A stretch of 64,000 nucleotides of DNA from Massalongia carnosa (Eukaryota), in assembly GCA_965645245.1 (NCBI GenBank), contig OZ287067.1, positions 1,116,001 through 1,180,000 on the forward strand, in the 5' to 3' direction. The translations under genes and the position numbers were made by a program. Position 1 is the first letter of the stretch; each line of letters begins with the position of its first letter. Under the pieces are notes generated by a model that was not told the origin of the DNA, made no database searches, and saw nothing but the letters and a program-made list of their open reading frames with translations. Below, piece by piece: positions 37,337 through 49,873 of the stretch.

Positions 37337-39502
37337 CCCTCTCGCTGGTACACGGGCACCCCCCTCAAGCTAACCATTCTCAGCTAGCTTCTGCATTTAG
37401 CAATGTAAGTTAGTCATCCGAACATCAAAATTTTTCTTTCCAGATAAACACCATTCCACCTCATTCGATAAATTCAACACACATCAATTTCTATCTTTGT
37501 GTTTTCGAGATTTTCACTGTGACTATGGTGCTTAATGATGAAGAAATCCCGAGCGTTTCGGACAAATCCCCCATTTCAGCGAAGCAGCATAAATTAAATC
37601 GCAAACGAGGTGTACATACAAAACATCCTGATCGACATTCCCCCTTTCACCTCCTCCAAATATACTTCTATTCAAATCATCAACAGGCCTTTGTCCCGCT
37701 GATGAAAGACGTTGATCGAAGACCTTTGAAGCTATTTCAGCTGTTTATAACAGAACAGCATTGTCGCATCATCGCTTATCACACCAATATCAAAGCACAC
37801 GACTACATGGAGAAGGAAAAGGAGAACAATCATCGAAATTGGACTGATACTACTGGTTCGGAAATGGAGGTGTTCTTGGGCATAATACTTCTCATGGGTC
37901 TCGATCGTTTACCTGCTACAGAAGATTACTGGAATCAACGTCCTGATAAACCAATTATCATGCCTATTCAATCCGCTATGTCGCTTTGTCGATTTCAACA
38001 AATCAAACGATTTTTGAAGATCAACAATGGACGAACAGAGCCTTCGAGACTGGGCAAAGGACCTGATTGGTGGAAGAAACTAGAACCGTTGGCCACTGAT
38101 TTTCGAAAGGCTTCATTGGAACATTGCATACCAGGAAGCAATATTTCTATAGATGAACAACTGGTGCTATTCAAAGGCCGGTCTCGACACATCATGCAAA
38201 TCACTACTAAAAGTGCTCACAAAGGATTTAAAATCTACAGTTACTGTCAGGATAATTATTTGTTGTCGTTTTTGTTTGCCTTCAAATTCAGCAAAATAAG
38301 TCAACTGAAAACAGCTAGACAATTGGGATTTTTGATAAAAGACGGACTAACTCTCAGTGCTTTGGTGGTGATTCAGTTATGTAAAGAACTTCCACCCCTT
38401 CTAAATTATCATCTTTTCTGTGATAATTTCTTTACTAGCACGAAGTTATTCAAGGCACTTCGATCAATCGGAATAGCTGCTAGCGGGACTGCTAAAAAGG
38501 GCTCGGGCTTTCCAGAAGAATTGTTGGCCATACGAGACGTCACGTCAAAAGGAAAAGACTGGGGCCTGCAAGCACATATGGCGGTCGATGATGAGGTGCT
38601 TTGTATGGGCTGGGTGGATAATAATGGTGTGCAGTACATGACCACCGGCCATAGTACCCAGGATCTGGACGAAAAACACTATATAAATCCATACAAAAGA
38701 CATGGAATTCCGGAGACCTTCCTTCAGCCGATTGTATCATATTTTTCATTCATTTTGGCTCACTCCTCTTTCTTGCTCAATCAAGCGATTCAATGGCCCT
38801 TGGGACTACCGATACCAGCCCCAATCAGGGAATATAATCTACATATGGGGGGGTCGGATGGAAACGCTCAGCAACGAGCGGTCTATTCATATGAACGTCG
38901 AACTGATCGTTACTAGTGGCCTCTATTCATTTTCTTATTGGATGCAGTCGGTCTGAATGCTTATAAACTTCATTCATTAAACACTTTCGACGTCGAAAAG
39001 AAAACGTTCACTCGCCCCGAATTTCTTCGTCACATCGCTCTTGAATTGATGTCAAATCAAGCGGGCATCAGACCTCAATCATCAAAGGTAAGCATTTATA
39101 CCGCGGTTGATGCTTTAATAGCACCTCCTGTTCATCATTACGTACGTCTCGAAAGAAAACAAAGATGTGTGCAATGTAAAGTCGATAAAACACGACCTTC
39201 TAGACTAAAAGGGGAGCCACTGACTGAAAGGGATGTTAATGGACGTAAAAGAAGGCGAAGAGGTGCTCAGACTACATGGGCTTGTGGGGGTTGTCATCCA
39301 ATCAGGCCCTGCTGTAGAAAAACTAGCTGTTGGGAAGCTATTCATATGAATTGGGACGAATAGATGAAGTAGTTGACAAATTGAACTTCTTGTAAATAGG
39401 GGCAGCCAAGTTCAAACTGATTGGGTAGATATTTAAGATTTAGCGCTCTCTAACCAACAATGGTTAGCTTGGGGGGGGAGTGCCCGTGTACCAGCGAGAG
39501 GG
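37337..39502 (+). mobile_element. piggyBac-superfamily DNA transposon, full length
   Basis: ~42-bp TIRs CCCTCTCGCTGGTACACGGGCAC…AAGCTAACCATT at both ends; flanked by CTAT and ATAG instead of TTAA. Confidence 0.92.
37525..39363 (+). pseudogene. piggyBac transposase (DDD plus Cys-rich C-terminal domain) with one in-frame stop
   Basis: SIDEQLVLFKGR, KGFKIY, LFCDNFFTS, WVDNNGV, EYNLHMGGSD; TAG at 38914-38916 in RY*WPLF, then the same frame continues to CVQC…CGGC…CC…CWEAIH. Confidence 0.9.
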
Positions 39503-39906
39503 ATAGAAATATAACACACACGCATGACCTGTCACCCAACATCAGCAGATCGGCTCCTGAGAACATCGCGCCTGCAAACAGCTGACCTCGGAAATATTGA
39601 TCGCCGATGCTTTGACCTAGCTCTAATTGAATTATTTCTATAATTATTTTCAATATCAATAAGTTTCTTCAATATGCGTGTACTATAAGTGAGGAGAGGT
39701 TTACAGATTGCTAAAGTTGAACATGTAAATTACATTACAGTAAGTTCAGCAGGGAGTTCGGGGAAATCTATTATTTCAGCCGCAACAAAAACTGTCACCT
39801 AAGATGATTTTAAATGAATGCTTTTCTAAACTAGGCGATTATTAAACCAGAAATGGATCTTGGTGCTATGAGGCTGAACATAGACTTTGGTGGCTGCGCT
39901 TATGTA

Positions 39907-40180
39907 TTTTTTTATTTTTTATTTATTCATTAAGCGTATGCATCCTTAGGATATGACGCTGTGACTGCTATTTAAGTACATAAACAACAGTCAGGAAGTG
40001 GAAACCTGGCCCTCAGGGTAAAACCACTCCCTTTTATTCCATATTGAACGCAACGAGATCGTTCTTCTACCACGCGGTGCATACACCCAGATCTTCAAGC
40101 GCTAGGAATCCTATAGACCCGATGAACTAGACAGTGTATCTCCACACGTTCGACGAACGTTCTCTCTCTTTAACCGTTTT
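39907..40180 (-). mobile_element. Probable 3' tail of a 5'-truncated LINE (Tad1-like)
   Basis: Minus strand ends AAATAGCAGTCACAGCGTCATATCCTAAGGATGCATACGCTTAATGAATAAATAAAAATAAAAAAA (stem-loop plus A-rich tail). No RT sequence visible; call is by resemblance only. Confidence 0.4.
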
Positions 40181-40250
40181 TACTCAATAGATGATAGACT
40201 GGCCATGATCGAGGGCAGATCGTGGTGTCGTATAAATGAAGATGTGAAAA

Positions 40251-40482
40251 TGTGGCCATTCCGAATGAATGGGCTTTTTCGATGAGGTGAGAGGCTTCCG
40301 CCTGGGGGGTGTGGCTATTCCGACTGAATGGACTTTTTCGATGAGGTGAAAGGCTTCCGCCTGAGGGGTGTGGCCATTCCGACTAAATGGGCTTTTTCGA
40401 TGAGGCTTTTTCGATGAGGCTTTTTCGATGAGGTGAAAGGCTTCCGCCTGAGGGGTGTGGCCATTCCGAATGAATGGGCTTT
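40251..40482. repeat. 59-bp minisatellite (~3.5 units) with an internal 14-bp triplication
   Basis: TGTGGC[C/T]ATTCCGA starts at 40251, 40310, 40369 and 40456; unit 3 contains GCTTTTTCGATGAG x3. Confidence 0.9.
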
Positions 40483-40789
40483 GTATGCCTTCAAAGTGGT
40501 GAATGATCATTCAAACGGCCACCGAGGTGGGCTTCCGCGTTGGCGATGATCAGATATTGGCCACCTCCGAGGAGGTGTTGATAGCCTGCACCACGTAGAG
40601 GTTTCTGACCTAGCAGGCCTGCGCTTATGTAATGAGTCGAGCATAAGAAGGCTCCACGCAGCCTACGGGGACTTGACTCCTTAGTGATTAGTCTTCTTAT
40701 TATTGGAATAGACTGGATTGTCCCCTCCCATCCTGAATTCATATTGCCTCATTAACCCATGGAGATACTTGCAAAAGTACACTCTGATA

Positions 40790-41086
40790 CATTGGAACAA
40801 GACAAAGCCAAGAGCGTGCGAAGCTGTAGGAGTCTAGGTAGCAGCAGGCTGAGCCAGGTAACACTGCTGGGTAAATAACAGGAGTAGCTATAGCCGAGTA
40901 GGGTGCAGCCAAATCAGGCTTACCGAGGAGCCAGAACCTCTCCTCTCTTTGCTGTGCCCTCTTGCTCCCTTGTGCTCGCTCACTGCTCCCTCGCTACGCC
41001 CCTTTGCTCCCTCGGTGCTCCCTCTAAAGCGGCCCTGCTCCCTTTCCGGTCCCGGAAGGGTAATTTGTAATCCTAAGTTCGGGGTA
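40790..41086. repeat. Dispersed repeat copy 2 (same family and orientation as 15293-15642), ending at (TA)n
   Basis: Same blocks as copy 1 with a shorter TGCTCCC array; ends TCCTAAGTTCGGGGTA|TATATAAAATATAT. Confidence 0.85.
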
Positions 41087-41949
41087 TATATAAAATATAT
41101 ATATACAAAACATACATATACCGAGAAATATCGCGCGCGCGCGCGAGAGAGGGAAAAGTCAATGACCTGGGGATGGATGGGGGGTAGCGCGGAGAGCGGA
41201 GAGATGGAAGAAGAGAGTGGGCGGGGAGACGAGCTTGTTAATCAGGTTAGCTAGTTTGTAGGTAGCTAGTAACTACACGCAGGCAGACATGCATGCAGAG
41301 TGAAGGAGAAGAGAAACAAAACAAAAACGGATATGTACTCCGTATATATATTCCTTCCTCCATCATTCATTGAATCAGAGTACCTGGTTAAAAACCTGTT
41401 TCTCTAATTAACCAACCAACCAACCAACCATCCGATTCTCCTACCAATCTACTTTTCACTAGCTTATGGGAAGATTAGCTATCTGGCTACTTGCTACCTA
41501 AGTAAGGATGTAACTATGTTTTTTATTATTGTTTTTAAATTGGGGGTTTTTTTTGGAAAAAAGAAAAAAAAGGAAAAAGAGAAGGGTAAAAAAAAACCGA
41601 TTAAGGAAAGAGGAAAGGAGAGAGCATGGATTTCTTGTGGGCCGTCAGGAGGTGTAAGTGATTTATGTTTAGGGGAGGATTAGAGCAATAGATGTATTGA
41701 TAGATAAGTAGGGAGGGGTTGGAGTTATGTATGCGTTTGGAATGAAAGAGAAGGAGAGATAGATGTTGTGTAGATATGTAGATAGATAGAAGAATCTGGT
41801 TTCGAGGGCTAGTTGAAAGAATTGGAAAGAAAAACGATGAGATAGGGATATGCTTTTGCGGCGATCGTAAGAAAGACTGAGAGATAAATGTTCGACACAG
41901 TGAAGAACCAAGAAAAAAAACTCCAAAAAAAACCAGAAGCGTCAAATCA

Positions 41950-44824
41950 TCACCGTCCCACAACCTCCAGCACCATTCCATAATTCCCTGGAAAGATGCC
42001 CTTGCGGCCCGCATACACGCCCCAGAACCAATCGCGGTTGATGTCCTCGGCCTCGACCACGACCGCGCCCTTGGGAAATGTCAGCTCGTTGTCCGCGCCT
42101 TCCTCCGCGGGCCAGTAGCTCCAGCACGCGAGCACCTTCATACCGACACCACCGTCCGGGGGGAAGTGCTGCGGCGGCGCATGCTGGTGGAGCAGGGGGG
42201 ATTTGGTTGTTGAAGAGGAGGAAGGCTCCGGGGCGGCTGGGGCGGGGACGGGTAAATGACTCTTGGTGATGGTGCGGACTTGCACCTGCGCGCCATCGCG
42301 CCAGGTCCACTCCTCATACGCCGCTACGGCGTCATTGTCTGAAGAACCGGATCCTGCAATTAGATCATCCTTGAGCGCTTGACCGCCTACCAGATCGTTA
42401 ATGACGACGCGTTTCTGCCCCGTGGGTGAGTCTTGGAACCCAGCGACGATCATGCGATGGTTCTTTAAGCAGCGGCGCCATCCCTTGTGTCCCTTTTCGG
42501 ATGAGATGCGGCCCGTGGAGACTAGGCGCATGTAGCAAGCGGTGCAGATGTCGTAGTCGCCATCGTTACAGAGCGGGCAGTGAAAGCGAGTAGATGAAGG
42601 GGGGATCGGATAGGTGCAAATGTCGCATTTGGTGCTAAAGGTCAGGGGGGTATAGGGGCCAGCCGGGAAGGTGAGGGTCGAGATTTTCGAGGTTGAGCTC
42701 GGACGGGGGTTCGGAGCGAAGGAGGTTTGGGTGTGCTGGCTGGAGGAGGAAGGGTGTGGTTTGGAGTGGATGAGAGAGTGGGCGAGGGGGAGTAGAGGGT
42801 GGATGCAGCATTTTCCTTGATTGACGCAAACGTTGCAAAACCCCCATTCACCTTCATTGCAAAAATCGCATTTCCAGAAACAATCATTGGCAAAGGCCGA
42901 GCAATTGGAGCAGAAAACACCGGATTGAAGCCTTTTAGCTGGATTCTCGGACGTCATTAGCTGGCTGCTCTTACCCGAAACAGATTGCTGTAATTCTATC
43001 GCAGGACGCAGATAGCGACGACCGGTAAGGATATGTGGGAGGGCATGGCCCGGGGGATAGCCTCCTGCCGGAGCCTGATGCTCGTAGCGCTGGAGCGCCA
43101 CGTTACTAAATCCATACCAGTGCAGACAGCCCAAGCCAAGGCGATAGCAACGAATACATAGATTGTACGTTCCTTCCCGACAGCTGGAACAGTTCTGATG
43201 TATCTCGTACTGTAACTGTGGCTTGTTGCAGCGGTTGCATTCTATCACAGGTTCGATATATAACAAGGGCTGAGTTAATGAGAACCTGGACGATGAAGGT
43301 GAGGCCCTCGGTGCCGAGCCAGGAGACCCAAGGGGGTATGGAGGGCGTTGGGCAGTAGAAGCCCCAGCTATAGCACCCTGATCAGGAAATTCTGAGTTAG
43401 GAGTCGGGAATGACGGTTCCGTACGTGCTATTGCTGGAGATGAATTGGTGTTTCTTGTAGGGCTATCGACCGACACAGTTGCTGTTACGCCTTCTACTGT
43501 TCTTGGACTCTGGACCGGGTTTTCGAACTGGTCCCGTAAGCGATGCGAATCCGGATCTGTAGTCCTTCTCCCTTGACTTATGAGGGCTGCTGGGCGTGTT
43601 CGTCTAGTCACATTTGTGCGTGGTCGTTCCGAAAGATCTGTAGCCGAACGCGCGGCTTCCCTCCTCACTTCAGATGAAGCTCTCACTGACGGCGTACTTG
43701 AAACAGGCGAAGTCTGTCTTCGACCGTCACTTGACCTTCTTCGCCTATGCTCTGGGCCTATAGGGTATGCCTCCAGAAGATGCGGCCTTGAAACAGGTGG
43801 ACGAGACGAATGCGTGGATTGATCTGTAGTTGACCTTACATGTTGACGATGCTGAACTTGCTCCGAATCGGCCCTACGAGTTCGAGTCCTAAGCTCCCTG
43901 GGCTCTTCATGACGAGTGTTTTCAGACCTTGAGTGTCGGCCATGTCGCCGGCGATAGGCATTAGCAATGCGTTCGCTGAGTTCGTCCTGTTGTCTCACGT
44001 TGAGGCTGTCAAGGTCGATGCCGTCCAATAAGCCCTCCTCAACAATTTGTCGTAGAATTTCCTCCTCCATCTCCACCGAGTCAACATTTGAACCACTCAA
44101 GAGGGATCGTAGACTTGATTGATGCTCAATCTGCCTTGCTTGTGATCTCGAGTCCATTACCGCGGAAGGCTCGCCAGGCCTTTCATCTCTTCTCCTCCTT
44201 TCATGATCACGTCTTCTTTGCCTCCTCGCTTCCTCATCCCTTGAATCCCGGCTCTCATCTCTGTTCCGATGCCTAGTGCCTCGTTCATGCGATCCAGGTA
44301 CCCTCAAACCCACCTCACGAAGACTCATCTCCCGAACCTCTTCCACCATCCTTCGATCCTCTTCATCTGCGCTATTCGTTCGTTGTTTCTCGACTTTCGG
44401 TAGCACTGGCTCTCCCACCCTGTACGTTCGCATGATTTCTTCTTTCTCCTGCTCGCTTTTCCTTTTGCTTGGGTTTGCCTGAAGGTACATGTCCAACAAA
44501 GTTGTGACCGAAGCGTTCGCCCGTGTCCCCCGTACGGATGCGCGACATGACGGGCAAGTATACGGATTCGGCTCGGCTGAAGATGCTCTTGAGGCCTGCC
44601 AGGAGAACCATTCCTTAAGACAGGAGCCGCAAAACGTATGAAGGCAATCCAGAAGAGTAAGCGGCTGATAAAGTATATCGGTGCAAATCTAAGAGAAAGT
44701 CAGCACGATGCACCGAAAGCAAACAAGTCTTGTAGCGCTGAACATATCGGGATAAACGAGGGCTTACCGAACATGTCAATTCCTTCTCGAGATCGAGAAG
44801 GCCAGCCTTTGCTACTTCGGCCAT
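41950..44824 (-). CDS. RING-finger E3 ligase with ZZ-like Zn fingers and C-terminal SH3
   Basis: Exon 1 MAEVAKAGLLDLEKELTCS, intron 44767-44689, then ICTDILYQPLTLLDCLHTFCGSCLKEW…CPSCR; CDIC…FHCPLCNDGDYDICTAC; ELTFPKGAVVVEAEDINRDWFWGVYAGRKGIFPGNY. Confidence 0.88.
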
Positions 44825-45881
44825 GGAGGATAGTTTCCACAATGTCACCCAAATTTGCAATCGTACATTTTCTTTTGCGACTCAAGGAGGAGGTTAAGAT
44901 ACTATTGGGGGTTCATAATGGTTTTTGAACGTTTCATTATAAATTATGTCAGCTTTGCGCCACAACGCCGTGGATCATAAAGTTTCGGCCAAACAACAAA
45001 AACAAAACGGATCAGAATGCCCCCAAAACGAAAAGCACCTCCCAGAAACCTAATGCTGGCCCTGTGGCTATCGTGAGATATTTCGTGTAGTTGCTTTGAA
45101 GCGTCGGTGCTTCCATCAAACGTATACCGACTTCCCTTTGGATGATATTTGCATGAACGGTTATTCACGTAGCTATAGTAGTAGGATTGTCATGAAGGTA
45201 ATTATCTATATAGACTATCTACAAGCTTCTATATCAGTCACATCAGGATACCTATTCGACTTATCAGGTCTCCCATAGACCTCCTTTCAGGCCTCCCAAT
45301 CTACCTGTCAGGTAACCCGTGTATCGCGATGACGATTGCTCATAGCGATGGTAGCCGTTTCGCATCTGAATTCGATGCTACAGCTTAGCGAGAGAGAAGG
45401 AGGTGTTTTGGTTTAGCCGGTGACACGTAACGATTTTCAGCGTTCCTGAAGAAAGCTGATGGCTTCAAATACCCTCAGACTTTGGAAGGGAGTAGAGCAT
45501 AGCATGTACATCTCAAGTGTACGTGACTGATCGTTTGACACATTCAAGGACCATCAGACAGGGAGTTTCTGTATGGGACATCCAAGTTGGATGATCCATT
45601 TTGATATTGAGTTTCATTTCCTGATTCGTCGCATCTGCAATTGGTACAATATAATGAGACGAACAGAAGCTTCCCCGATAATTATTAAGAAACTCGTCCC
45701 GTGATTTTACATGGCTGAACTGACTTAAATAGGCCTTGCTGCCTTTTCCCAAATGATAAAGCTTTTGACGATGGTAGGATACCTCATCGTCCCGTTACAT
45801 TACACGTCTCAGTGTTTTGGTACATGCCAGATCACACAAGCCTTACGAACCAGGAAAACTCAGTTAACTTGGTCGAGCTGC

Positions 45882-46559
45882 TTATAAAGCCCAGATGGCG
45901 GCCAACAAAGCACCTAAAAATCCAGCAACTGAGCCCAGAGCTTGAGCAGCACCGCCGGTGTAAGGAACTGAGCTACCGCCACTGGATGACTTGCCTGTAC
46001 CAGACGCAGATGGAGCGCTGGTAGAAGAAACCACGGCGGTGGATTTGGTGGCCGAGGTGGTAGAAAATGGAGGTGCAGAGGTAGTGGGAACACTCGGCTT
46101 CGCGCTGGCAACGGGGCCGCTGCTTGACTTTGCTGTGGACTTCACGGCAGGAGTGCTAGACGCAGGCGTGGAAGAAGCAACAGCGGAGGTGGTGGAAGCA
46201 GGGTTAGGGGCAGCGGTCGCAGCGCACTCGCACACGGCGGCGGCGGATGACTGAACGGCTAAACCCGTCACGGGGCCGCATGCAGACACTACGCACGGGA
46301 GAGCGGTTTCAGCAATGGCAGCGGATTTATCGGGACTGCATTGGCATTTAAAGTCCGTGGCATTGCAGCCCACTCCACCAGCCGCGCTCAGGATACATGA
46401 GTTCTGAGATGGTATGAGCGAGAATTTCATAAGCCGAGTGAACTAACTAAGAATACATACGGCGCATGTGGGGATTTTGGCCACGACGGGAAGGCAGGCG
46501 TCTTGGCCTTGGGCAAAAGCAATGAGGCCAATGGCCAGGAAGACTGAAACAGATTTCAT
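45882..46559 (-). CDS. GPI-anchored CFEM-domain cell-surface protein
   Basis: Signal peptide MKSVSVFLAIGLIAFAQG, IPTCA, one intron, NSCILSAAGGVGCNATDFKCQC…PCVVSACG…AVCEC, Ser/Thr-rich stalk, YTGGAA plus hydrophobic tail. Confidence 0.88.
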
Positions 46560-48604
46560 ATTTGTTTATTGTTGACTGGATGAAAATTTGCCTTAAACGA
46601 GTGACTGGCAACGTCTGATAGCGAAGGTAAGGAATGAACAAGTATTAGGTTATAGACGAGATTTACACAATCAAAGGAGTAACAGCTTGATAGGGAGGAG
46701 ATATTTATATGTAAATTGCAGGAGGCACTGGCCAAGCCAAGAAAGCCCTGTGTTCCACTTTCACACTAAATGAGAAAGCGATGGGTGGTTAGAGGAAAAG
46801 CAATAGAGCGTAGACCAAAATTTGATGCCTCTTTCCTTGCATTCAATGCGGGCTGACTTGCAGCACAACAAGCGTACCTAGCCGCATTGCGACAAGTCTC
46901 CATATATGCGGCAAATCAGGCTCCTGGGTTTGGGGGACTTGTGGATGATCCGGCTGATGGAGGGGTCAAGGGATCTCAAACTCCACGGCCTGGGTAACAC
47001 GGATTGGCGGAGTGAAAATTGAAAGGCGAAGAAGTGACAGCGGTCGTTCCTTGCGGCAGATCATTTGAACACACCGACTTTCATTCTAGCGTTGAAAGGG
47101 ACTGAGTAGGCGTTTGTTCAAAATCTGGGGAAAGAGTTGAGGGGGAGAAGGAGAAAGCGAAAGCGAAAACTTTGGTCGGTGTCGCTAATTAAAGGTCGCC
47201 GTCGCCTTTGCGAGACCCAAACCTAGGTCAAACAACCGGACAGACATCTAAATGGAGAAGTCTGTTCCGATGTCTTACCAAGAAGTCCATCGAATTGAAT
47301 GGAAATACGATCATACTATTTAGAAGTGACAACATACTTCTGTGCTCGGCAGTCAGTGTGGACGACGACGAGATCGCTTTGTGGCATGTGAATCATCGTC
47401 TTCTTTCTGGACTCGACTGGCTAAACTCGAAAGTAAACTACCGAGTATCTGCACCCCATAGTTTGGCCTGCTCTGCATGTTCGTACTACTTCAATGCACG
47501 CTGCACACAACATCAGAGCCAGGGAGTACAGATTACAGATATACAGGAATGAATTGATCGAGATGAATGGATTCTCTCTTTTCTCAAGACCATGCCTAAT
47601 GGCCTGATTATCACATATTAAATTGTGTGGACCGTCCAATTAACGTCAACGATTTGATCGATGGCCAGACCGACCATGACACGCCGAAACTTACGCAGCC
47701 ACTCCGCAAATGAGTTAGGATAGGTTGTTTACAGTGTCACACGGTTCAATCCCGCTGTTGAGACGCAAGAAAAATGCGAATCAGTCCGTCAATCAGTCAC
47801 ACGCGAGCAACATGAAGATGTTTAACACAAAAATACCCGGCTCTATTTAATTTGCCTAAGCGTCAACTAACCAATTATGTAGCTTGCTCCGCGGTTTGCA
47901 ATGCTACAGGTTACCCCCCCGACGGATAGTGACCCAGTTAGCTTCCAGATCTCGTCCGCCTTCGAAACAACACCAGCCTGAATGGCGCTCTCAGCAAGTC
48001 AAACCTCTCCAGCACTTATCAGCCTGTTGTCGCTTGATCGAATATCAAGATCCTAATTGGGCTGCTACAAGCCCAGCTCAATGCAACATGTCTCATCCAA
48101 GGTTATAATTTCATGCTGAGTCCAGACATTCCAAAGTTTCAAAAGAGGGAGAAACACTAATGCGAGCGGTGACTCCGGCCGAACCCTCCTTACGGAGCAA
48201 ACGTCTATAACCGGCCGTCGTTTTGCTGAACTTTATTTACGCACGAAGAGGAGAGGCAAGATCCCAAGTCCGGGATACCTCGCTAAAAGTAGGAGGATCT
48301 GATGATGCTTCCATCTAGTTGATCTTTCCATTTCTTTGTACCTTTGTGTTCAACCTCGGAGTTGAGTTCATGCTGGGCATTGCTCATCGGTCCTGAGTCT
48401 CCGCATTTGCCTTTCTTTTCTGTTGATACATATAGACTGGGCATCCTTAGAAAGGGAAATACGCTAAACTGATAATGCTGCGAAACTGTTCACAAGTTAC
48501 CGCTTGGTGTTCATCACGACATCGGATTTAGGAAGCCACGGGGAGAATAAAGAAGTCGAGGACTGACGTAAGAGCCGTGGTGGAAAGCAAAAGGAGAAGC
48601 TGGC

Positions 48605-49873
48605 ATGTCCGGCTATTCGGTGAAGGCGCCAGGCGCGCAGATTGAAGGGATTGAGGGAATGCAAAGACGAAGCTTTGGCGCAAAGCTCAAATCGCATTTC
48701 CGGAGATTTTGGTGGCTTCACCTGATTATGTTCATTTCCTCGACTCTGATTATGGTACTTTGTTTGTGAGTTGATTGCTACCGACATGCAATCAGGTTGC
48801 TTAAACAGCATAGGGAACTTAGTTGTGCGAGTATTTACTAAGTTGTTATTAGAATATATGTAGCTTTCCCACGCATCTCCCAACGAGGCATAGACCACTC
48901 GACCCTCGAGATCCAGTCTTTGATTCTCTCAAGTCCTACGCCGGAGTCGTTCCATCTTGAGCAGACGGCCATAGTAGGCAATGACAATACCTATCACCCT
49001 CGACTCGATGTATTCAACGCTTCGTTATCCCTCGATGGCCCCAATGCTAAGCCATATGCCTACATCGAGCTCCCTGCGATCCATGCCACCAGGACAGCCA
49101 CAGTTTACGTCAATCAGACCGTCACCATCGCCGACGTGGATGAATTCACGAGTTACAACAATCTAGCTCTGAGCGGAGAAAAGGTCAAGGTGGTTATCCA
49201 AGGCAGGACGCCGCTGCATGAGATGAGGTTTCCCACCACAAAGGTCAATTACCGGAAAGTAGTCTCACTGAAAGGTAGCTTCTCTTTGCGTCTCATATAT
49301 AGCGCTAATGGCTTATCGAACACGTTATTAGGTTTGAACAACTTCAATGGCTTCAACGTCACCTCATTTGAGATCAAACTTCAAGCCGATCCTGATGGCA
49401 CGAACATGATCGGAACGGTCTACATTCCCAATCCAAGCATCATGACTCTCTCATTGGTATATCTCTCCCTCCCTTTCTCCCTCCCCTCCATCCATTCATC
49501 AAGAAACTCCTACCGCAGCCCCAAAAATAAAAAAACCCTAACCCCCTTCCATCTACAGGGCAACATAACATTCTCCAACTACATCAGCGGAACCCTCATC
49601 GGAACCTCTCTCCTCCCCAACCTCGTCCTTCACCCAGGCAACAACACCGTCCCCATGCGTTCCACCGTTAACCAAACCCTCCTCATCGGAAAAATTCTGG
49701 CCGAGTTCCAAGACGGTCTCTTGCCCATCGACGTCATGGGTAATAGTAGTGTATACGACGGGCTGCACTTGCCATATTTTGAACGCCCGCTGCGGGCCAT
49801 CACGCAACATGTGGTGCTGGATGTGGGGGCTAAGCTGGCGAAGTTGGGGTTTAACCTCACTGGCGCTTCGTAA
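48605..49873 (+). CDS. DUF3712-family single-pass membrane protein
   Basis: MSGYSVK…HFRRFWWLHL-TM, intron from 48766, IYVAFPRISQRGID…, GLNNFNGF, DGTNMIGTVYIPNPSIMTL, LVLHPGNN, GNSSVYDGLHLPYFE; further introns near 49274 and 49458. Confidence 0.78.

Noticed and set aside
40251..40482. CRISPR-like array
   Set aside because: Units are contiguous tandem copies with no unique spacers; eukaryotic context, no cas genes.
1600..41100. Starship element
   Set aside because: No DUF3435 tyrosine-recombinase captain recognisable at either island edge.
47700..47765. tRNA (GGTTCAATCCC T-loop-like)
   Set aside because: No acceptor, D or anticodon stems can be formed.
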